63,962 bases of DNA from Prevotella sp. (lineage in GTDB: Bacteria > Bacillota > Clostridia > Lachnospirales > Lachnospiraceae). This document shows, one piece after another, positions 58,471 through 63,962 of the stretch (its first letter is position 1; each line of letters starts with the position of its first letter). The translations under genes were made by a program, and so were the position numbers. The notes beneath the pieces were generated by a model. The model was not told the origin of the DNA and did no database searches. It saw only the letters and a program-made list of their open reading frames with translations. Where the stretch lies: the NCBI GenBank assembly GCA_963616205.1, contig CAVEKJ010000001.1, positions 1 to 63,962 of the forward strand, read 5' to 3'.

Positions 58471-61452
58471 ATGAAGAAAAAGAACATTGCATGGCTGCTT
58501 TCTGCGGCTATGATCCTGACAACAGCGGCAGCACCGTTGGAGACAGTGTCCGTGTATGCGGCTGCTGAATTTCAGGCGGAGACAGATGAAGCAGAAGGAA
58601 CGGAAATAGCAGAAGATACAGCAACCACTGGAGAAACAGTTTCAGAGGATTCGCAGGATAATGACACCAGTGATCTTGAGTTGTTTGAGGACAGCACCGA
58701 AGAACTGGAGAAGAACGCAGAAGCAGATAATTCTGATACAGAGGAATTACAGGCAGATGTGGAAGACGGATTTTCAGATGGAGAAGCAGCAGTTGCCGGT
58801 GCGGGCGAAAGTTCGGAAGTTGTTGAAAGTGGGAACTGTGGAAGTGACGCTACATATAAACTGTATGGGGATGGACGACTTGTTATCGAGGGTAGTGGCT
58901 CCATCGATTCGGATTCATTTAATGGAAAAACAAACATTAAATATATAGAAATTAAAGATGGAATAACAAGTATAGGTGCCGATGCTTTTAGTGGTTGTGG
59001 AGATCTGAGGAAAGTTACATTACCGGAAAGTTTGGAAAACATAGGTAATGGGGCATTCAGGGAATGCAGCCGATTAGACAGTATTGTTTTGCCGGACAAA
59101 ATTACAGAAATCGGTGATGCGGCATTTTACTATAATGGTTTAACAGAAGTAAAATTGCCTCAAAATCTGGAAATAATAGGAGACGAGGCTTTTTCAGGAA
59201 ATAACCTGAAAAGTGTGGAGTTACCGGAATCAGTAACAGAAATCGGCGAACAAGCATTTGGCTGGAATTTCCATCTACAATCAATAAATATACCGAAGAA
59301 TGTAACGGAAATTAAAGAAGGTACATTTTGGAGCTGTAGCGAGTTACAAAATATCGTACTTCCAGATGGAGTGACAAAGATCGGGAAGAATGCGTTCCAT
59401 GGCACGATGTTAGGAGAAGTAACATTACCGGACAGCGTAACAACGATTGAAGAATCTGCGTTTGAGAATTGCGGTTTAAATCGAATCAAACTTTCAAAGA
59501 ATCTCACAGAAATTCCATATGGAGCATTTTCCAACTGTTCCAGTCTGGAAGAGATCATTCTTCCGGACAACATAACACATGTTGACACCAATGCATTTTT
59601 CGATTGTACAAATCTGAGAAGTGTTTACATTGCCAATGCGTCCACAGTGATAGAAAAAAAGGCTTTTGGTTATAATTCAGATGGTACAAAGCAGGATATT
59701 CTTATTATGGGACATAAGGGCTCTACGGCGGAAACCTATTCAGCAGAAAATGGTTTTTCGTTCCATAATATAAAAGATCCACTTACCTTTCATGCAGAAT
59801 CTAAGCCAACCTGTACAAGTGATGGGAACTACCAATATTGGCACTGTGAAGTATGTGGCAGGGATTTTTGTAATGCAGAAGGTTCAAGTGTAGTGTGGGG
59901 CAATCTGATTATCAGTAAATTTGGCCATAATCTGACCTATTATGAAGGAAAAAGCGCAACCTGTACACAGTCAGGCAATCAGTCATATTATCATTGCGAA
60001 ACCTGTGGCAAAAATTTTTCTGACTGGAATGGTGAAACAGAGATTTCAGAGAAGGATATCGTGATTCCAGCGCCTGGGCACCAGATGGAATATCACGGGA
60101 AAAACGAGCCAAATTGTATAAATGTAGGTATGAAAGCCTATTATTACTGCACCAGATGCAGCCAATACTTCCTTGATCAGGAAGGAACTCAGGCAGTAGC
60201 AGAGTCAGATCTGATCCTTCCGACAGAACCTCAGAATCATACAATGAGATACATGGAGGGATATGAAGCAACCTGTACAAATGAAGGAAGAAAAAGCTAC
60301 TACATCTGCGATTACTGTCAACAGAGGTTCTTTGATGAAAAGGGAACCGAGAAGGTTACGGAAGACAGTGAGCTGATAATACCGGTAACGAATGAGCACA
60401 TTCTGGAATTAGAACAGGGATATCCGGCGGAGTGCCAGAACCCGGGAATGAAGGACACTTATCGTTGTACATCCTGCGGAAAACATTTCCTGGATAAAGA
60501 TGGAGAAGAAGAAGTGCAGCAGGACAGCGATGTGCTTATTCCGGTACTGGGGCATAAATTTACGGACGGGCAGTGGGTAAATCATGGTTCCGGCAAACAC
60601 ACTGTCAGCAAAGGAAATCCAACTCCGATATTTTTTACAGCGGATTACCAGCAGTATCTCAAATGTGAACGATGTGGTTTTCAGGACTGGGGAGAAAACC
60701 GGACCTACAATATGAGTGTAAATACGGATCAGATTACATTAAAAAATGGACAGTCTACCACAGCTGTCAAAGTATCTGATTTTGCCAACGGTGATTATCT
60801 GAAGAGTGTAACTCCGAAGAACAAGAACCTTGTAACGGTATCCAATGTCAACAAAAACGGAACATTCAAGCTCACAGCAAAGAATAAATCCGGCACTACA
60901 TGGGTAACGATCAAACTGAACAGTGGAACGACTGCAGATGTAATGGTAACTGTCCAGAAAGGCAACGTCTCCACCCGCTACATCACAAACCTGAAATCCA
61001 CCAGCATTTACAAAGGAAAAACAGTAACCCTGAAACCGGTTCTTGATCCGATCACAAGTCAGGATAAGGTTACATACAGCACATCCAACAAGAACATCGC
61101 AACCGTAAATGCAAAAGGCGTTGTCACAGGAAAACAGGTAGGAACCGCAAAGATCACAGTAAAAGCCGGAAGCAAAAAATCAGTTGTCACCATCAAAGTA
61201 ATGCCAAAGGTCAAAACAACAAAACTCACCGGTGTACCAAAAACAAAGACTGTGAACAGAGGAAAAACCTTCACCATCAAAGCCGTTGCAACCCCGAAGA
61301 ACACAGATGAGAACATCACCTATAAATCTTCCAACACAAAGATCGCAACCGTCACCTCCAAAGGTGTCGTAAAAGGCATCAAAAAAGGAACCGCAACCAT
61401 CACCGTACAGAGTGGCTCCAAAAAGCAGACCTGCAAGGTAACGGTAAAATAA
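58471..61452 (+). CDS. BspA-type LRR surface protein with Cys/His-rich repeats and C-terminal Big_2 domains
   Basis: Signal peptide, acidic linker, ~10 LRR_5 repeats, five ATCT..G...YY.C..C repeats, STSNKNIATVN and KSSNTKIATV Ig-like domains. Confidence 0.88.
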   Translation: MKKKNIAWLLSAAMILTTAAAPLETVSVYAAAEFQAETDEAEGTEIAEDTATTGETVSEDSQDNDTSDLELFEDSTEELEKNAEADNSDTEELQADVEDGFSDGEAAVAGAGESSEVVESGNCGSDATYKLYGDGRLVIEGSGSIDSDSFNGKTNIKYIEIKDGITSIGADAFSGCGDLRKVTLPESLENIGNGAFRECSRLDSIVLPDKITEIGDAAFYYNGLTEVKLPQNLEIIGDEAFSGNNLKSVELPESVTEIGEQAFGWNFHLQSINIPKNVTEIKEGTFWSCSELQNIVLPDGVTKIGKNAFHGTMLGEVTLPDSVTTIEESAFENCGLNRIKLSKNLTEIPYGAFSNCSSLEEIILPDNITHVDTNAFFDCTNLRSVYIANASTVIEKKAFGYNSDGTKQDILIMGHKGSTAETYSAENGFSFHNIKDPLTFHAESKPTCTSDGNYQYWHCEVCGRDFCNAEGSSVVWGNLIISKFGHNLTYYEGKSATCTQSGNQSYYHCETCGKNFSDWNGETEISEKDIVIPAPGHQMEYHGKNEPNCINVGMKAYYYCTRCSQYFLDQEGTQAVAESDLILPTEPQNHTMRYMEGYEATCTNEGRKSYYICDYCQQRFFDEKGTEKVTEDSELIIPVTNEHILELEQGYPAECQNPGMKDTYRCTSCGKHFLDKDGEEEVQQDSDVLIPVLGHKFTDGQWVNHGSGKHTVSKGNPTPIFFTADYQQYLKCERCGFQDWGENRTYNMSVNTDQITLKNGQSTTAVKVSDFANGDYLKSVTPKNKNLVTVSNVNKNGTFKLTAKNKSGTTWVTIKLNSGTTADVMVTVQKGNVSTRYITNLKSTSIYKGKTVTLKPVLDPITSQDKVTYSTSNKNIATVNAKGVVTGKQVGTAKITVKAGSKKSVVTIKVMPKVKTTKLTGVPKTKTVNRGKTFTIKAVATPKNTDENITYKSSNTKIATVTSKGVVKGIKKGTATITVQSGSKKQTCKVTVK

Positions 61453-61478
61453 TCCATATTTTATGTAAATGAGTATAT

Positions 61479-61529
61479 AAAACAGGCTGAGATTTGATAA
61501 GAATATATATTGAATTCTCAGTCTGTTTT
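61479..61529 (+). terminator. Terminator after the LRR gene
   Basis: AAAACAGGCTGAGA..TCTCAGTCTGTTTT. Confidence 0.65.
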
Positions 61530-61654
61530 CGTATGTCTGGAGAATTATGTCGAAAAAATCTCATTGCGAAATAATGATATGAGAGAGTATAATTAAATAA
61601 AAGAAAGAATGGTCATTGAATAAAGGTATTTTATCAGACAGAGGAGGTGTGATT

Positions 61655-61996
61655 ATGCCGGTATCGATGAAAACATTGTTGGGACAGTACACAAAAATAT
61701 TACAGAAAATATATGGAACACATTTAAAAAGTGTTATTTTATACGGCTCATATGCCAGAGGAGACTACAGGGAAGATTCTGATATCGATATTATGATTCT
61801 TCTTGATTTGTCCGATATAGATATTAAGCAGTATCGACATGAATTATCAGGAGAAACTTTTGACTTTAATATGGATCATGATCTTGATATTAAACCAATT
61901 GCAAAAAGTGAAAAACATTTTCTGAATTGGGTTGATGTTTATCCATTTTATGCAAATGTAAAGAAAGAGGGGGTAAAACTATTTGATGCAGCCTGA
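61655..61996 (+). CDS. Minimal nucleotidyltransferase (MNT) antitoxin
   Basis: LYGSYARGDYREDSDIDI motif; GGAGG RBS; overlaps the HEPN gene. Confidence 0.9.
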   Translation: MPVSMKTLLGQYTKILQKIYGTHLKSVILYGSYARGDYREDSDIDIMILLDLSDIDIKQYRHELSGETFDFNMDHDLDIKPIAKSEKHFLNWVDVYPFYANVKKEGVKLFDAA

Positions 61997-62402
61997 TGAA
62001 AAAGGAACGCAGAAAGACCTTATTCTTTATCGACTAGAAACTGCTAAAAGTGATACTAAAGCAGCGGAAATTCTTTTGGAAGCAAAAGAATTTCGAGGTG
62101 CTAATAATCGTGCATATTATGGTATTTATCATGCGATTTCAGCAATACATGCATTAGATGGAAATGCGTATAAAAGACATAAAGATGCATTGGCAAATTT
62201 CAATAAGAATTATATTAAAACCGAGATTTTTCCCAGAAAACTTGGGCGAAAAATTGTAGAAGCAGAAGAAATCAGACACGCCAGCGATTATGACGATTTT
62301 TATATTGCAACAAGAGAAGAAGCGGAAGAACAGATAGAAACTGGCAAACAATTACTGGAACAGATAGAAGAATATATTCAAAGAAAAATAAAGAATAATT
62401 AG
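61986..62402 (+). CDS. HEPN-domain toxin-like protein
   Basis: ANNRAYY..HA, H..ALANFN, R..SDY (RHASDY) typical of MNT-linked HEPN proteins. Confidence 0.88.
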   Translation: MQPDEKGTQKDLILYRLETAKSDTKAAEILLEAKEFRGANNRAYYGIYHAISAIHALDGNAYKRHKDALANFNKNYIKTEIFPRKLGRKIVEAEEIRHASDYDDFYIATREEAEEQIETGKQLLEQIEEYIQRKIKNN

Positions 62403-62414
62403 TTACGTTATGAC

Positions 62415-62460
62415 CACAAAAATCCCTTCCATAGTTAACACCATGGAAGGGATTTTTGTG
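62415..62460. terminator. Bidirectional terminator after MNT-HEPN
   Basis: CACAAAAATCCCTTCCAT..ATGGAAGGGATTTTTGTG. Confidence 0.75.
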
Positions 62461-62549
62461 TATAAAAACCGGTGGCGGAAATCGTATATGAAGCGTATAA
62501 TTATACATAGTGATTCAGAAGATTATACATACGATAAGGAGGACCACGT

Positions 62550-63962
62550 ATGAAAAAGAAACATCTGGCAATATTGCTGGCGGCTGCGATGACAGTTACC
62601 AGTGTGGATGGGACTGCTCTGGCGGTAAGTGGAGCAGATTTTTCATCGGAGCCTGTGGAAGAAGCCCAGGCGGAAGAAACTGTGACGGAAGCTGTGGATG
62701 AGGATACGGAAGAAGTATCCTCAGATGATTTTTCCGCGGAAGCGGGCGAAGAAATCTCTGTACCGGAGCAGCAGGAAACAGAATCGGCAGGAAACAGAAT
62801 CGGCAGCAGATACAAACGAGGCGGGAGAGACCGGTGAACCTGCAGCGCCAGATACATTAGCGGGGACAGATACACCAACAGGTACTGATGCATCTGCAGA
62901 GACAGAGGAACCCGCAGAAACAGAAGATCTTTCTCAGCCGGAAGAGCTGACACAGGACAGCAGCTCTGATGCAGAAACAGATGCAGCAGCAAAAGATGTG
63001 GAAGAACTCAACGCAGGAGAGGATGCAGAGTTTGATGCAGGCGAAGATACTGCGTCAGCAAATTCAGTGATCCCGGACAGTGTACAGGCGATGACAGAAG
63101 GCCAGTCTTATGATGTAAATATTGATACAGAGGGAAAACGTGTATGGTTTTCCTTCACAGCGGAAGAAGACGGAACCTATATTTTCACTTCAGAAGGCGA
63201 ATATGATACTTTTGGATATGCGTATGATAAAGCAGATCCGGACAGTGTGAATGATTATCTGACGAGCAATGACGACGGCGGTACAAACCAGAATTTCAGA
63301 GTAGAAGTTCAAATAACCAAGGGAACCACCTACTATTTTTGCGCGAGACTGTACAGTGAAGATGATACAGGAAATTTCTCTGTAAAATTATCAAAGATCA
63401 TAAAACCAGAGTCAATACAGCTGGATACAACCGGTATCACACAGACAGAATATAAGGCTGATTTTGATGATGTTTATCTGGAAGGCCTGAAGCTGAATCT
63501 GCAGTACGGAAACGGAATCCCGTCTGAGACCATTACCTTTGCAGGTGAATACACCGAGATGGATTCTCATGGAAATAGATTTACCTATAATCTTCTGAAA
63601 AAAGATGACAGTGACACTGAATTAAGTGCAGGAAGTACACTGTATGAAGGGGAATATACGATTACGATCTACTGCAACAGTGAAAAGATGGATGTGAGCA
63701 GTGATTTTACCATCAAGGCTATAAATAAAGAACTTCCATCTATTTCCGTAGGATCAGACAATCCTATCGAAAGCAGGCTTGGAGGATATAGTTGGTATTC
63801 TTTTACAGCACCGGAAACAGCAGAATACTATGTTTCTCCGGCAGATAATTTCCAGTTAAGGGTAAAAACAGAAACAGGTTGGGATTATGAGGATCGCGAC
63901 TATATCGACGGAGAAACCGGACTGTATCTGATCTCTGTGGAAAAAGGAAAAACTTACTATCT
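62550..63962 (+). pseudogene. Large secreted/surface protein with acidic linker and PPC-like beta-sandwich repeats; frameshifted by a 16-bp duplication; runs off the window end
   Basis: Signal peptide MKKKHLAILLAAAM; duplicate GCAGGAAACAGAATCG 62771-62786/62787-62802; the downstream frame reads WFSFTAEEDGTYIFTS..NDDGG..NFRV. Confidence 0.72.

Overview
Replication-origin region of a low-GC Firmicute. Gene content and sequence style suggest a Lachnospiraceae, probably Blautia-like (inference). Core backbone: mnmE(partial)-jag-yidC-yidD-rnpA-rpmH <oriC> dnaA-dnaN-yaaA-recF, then a large TPR/acidic/AAA-like gene, rsmA, an S1-domain protein, a CBS-PPase, aroK, murA, SAM-I riboswitch + metK, a two-component pair, the yaaO-(gmk-like)-holB-ricT-yabB-rsmI cluster, and gyrB-gyrA about 38 kb from recF. 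Accessory genes: a sortase-assembled pilus locus, two Rpn/PD-(D/E)XK genes, Fic, Uma2, an MNT-HEPN pair, two GH29 fucosidases and BspA-type LRR/Ig surface proteins. The most interesting signals are non-coding. (1) An unannotated ~145-nt sRNA candidate at ~14352-14499 has three 11-bp-phased GTTCAY boxes upstream, anti-AUG and anti-Shine-Dalgarno segments flanking a hairpin, and its own terminator. (2) Two long hairpin elements (19985-20262, 44536-44716) have unrelated stems but share an AACTCGC..GCTCAGACAG internal-loop motif and satellite REP-like palindromes. (3) Patchy G+T versus A+C strand skew flips at the second hairpin. Three tandem duplications frameshift genes, one of them the essential gyrB, so assembly artefacts are likely and temper some conclusions.
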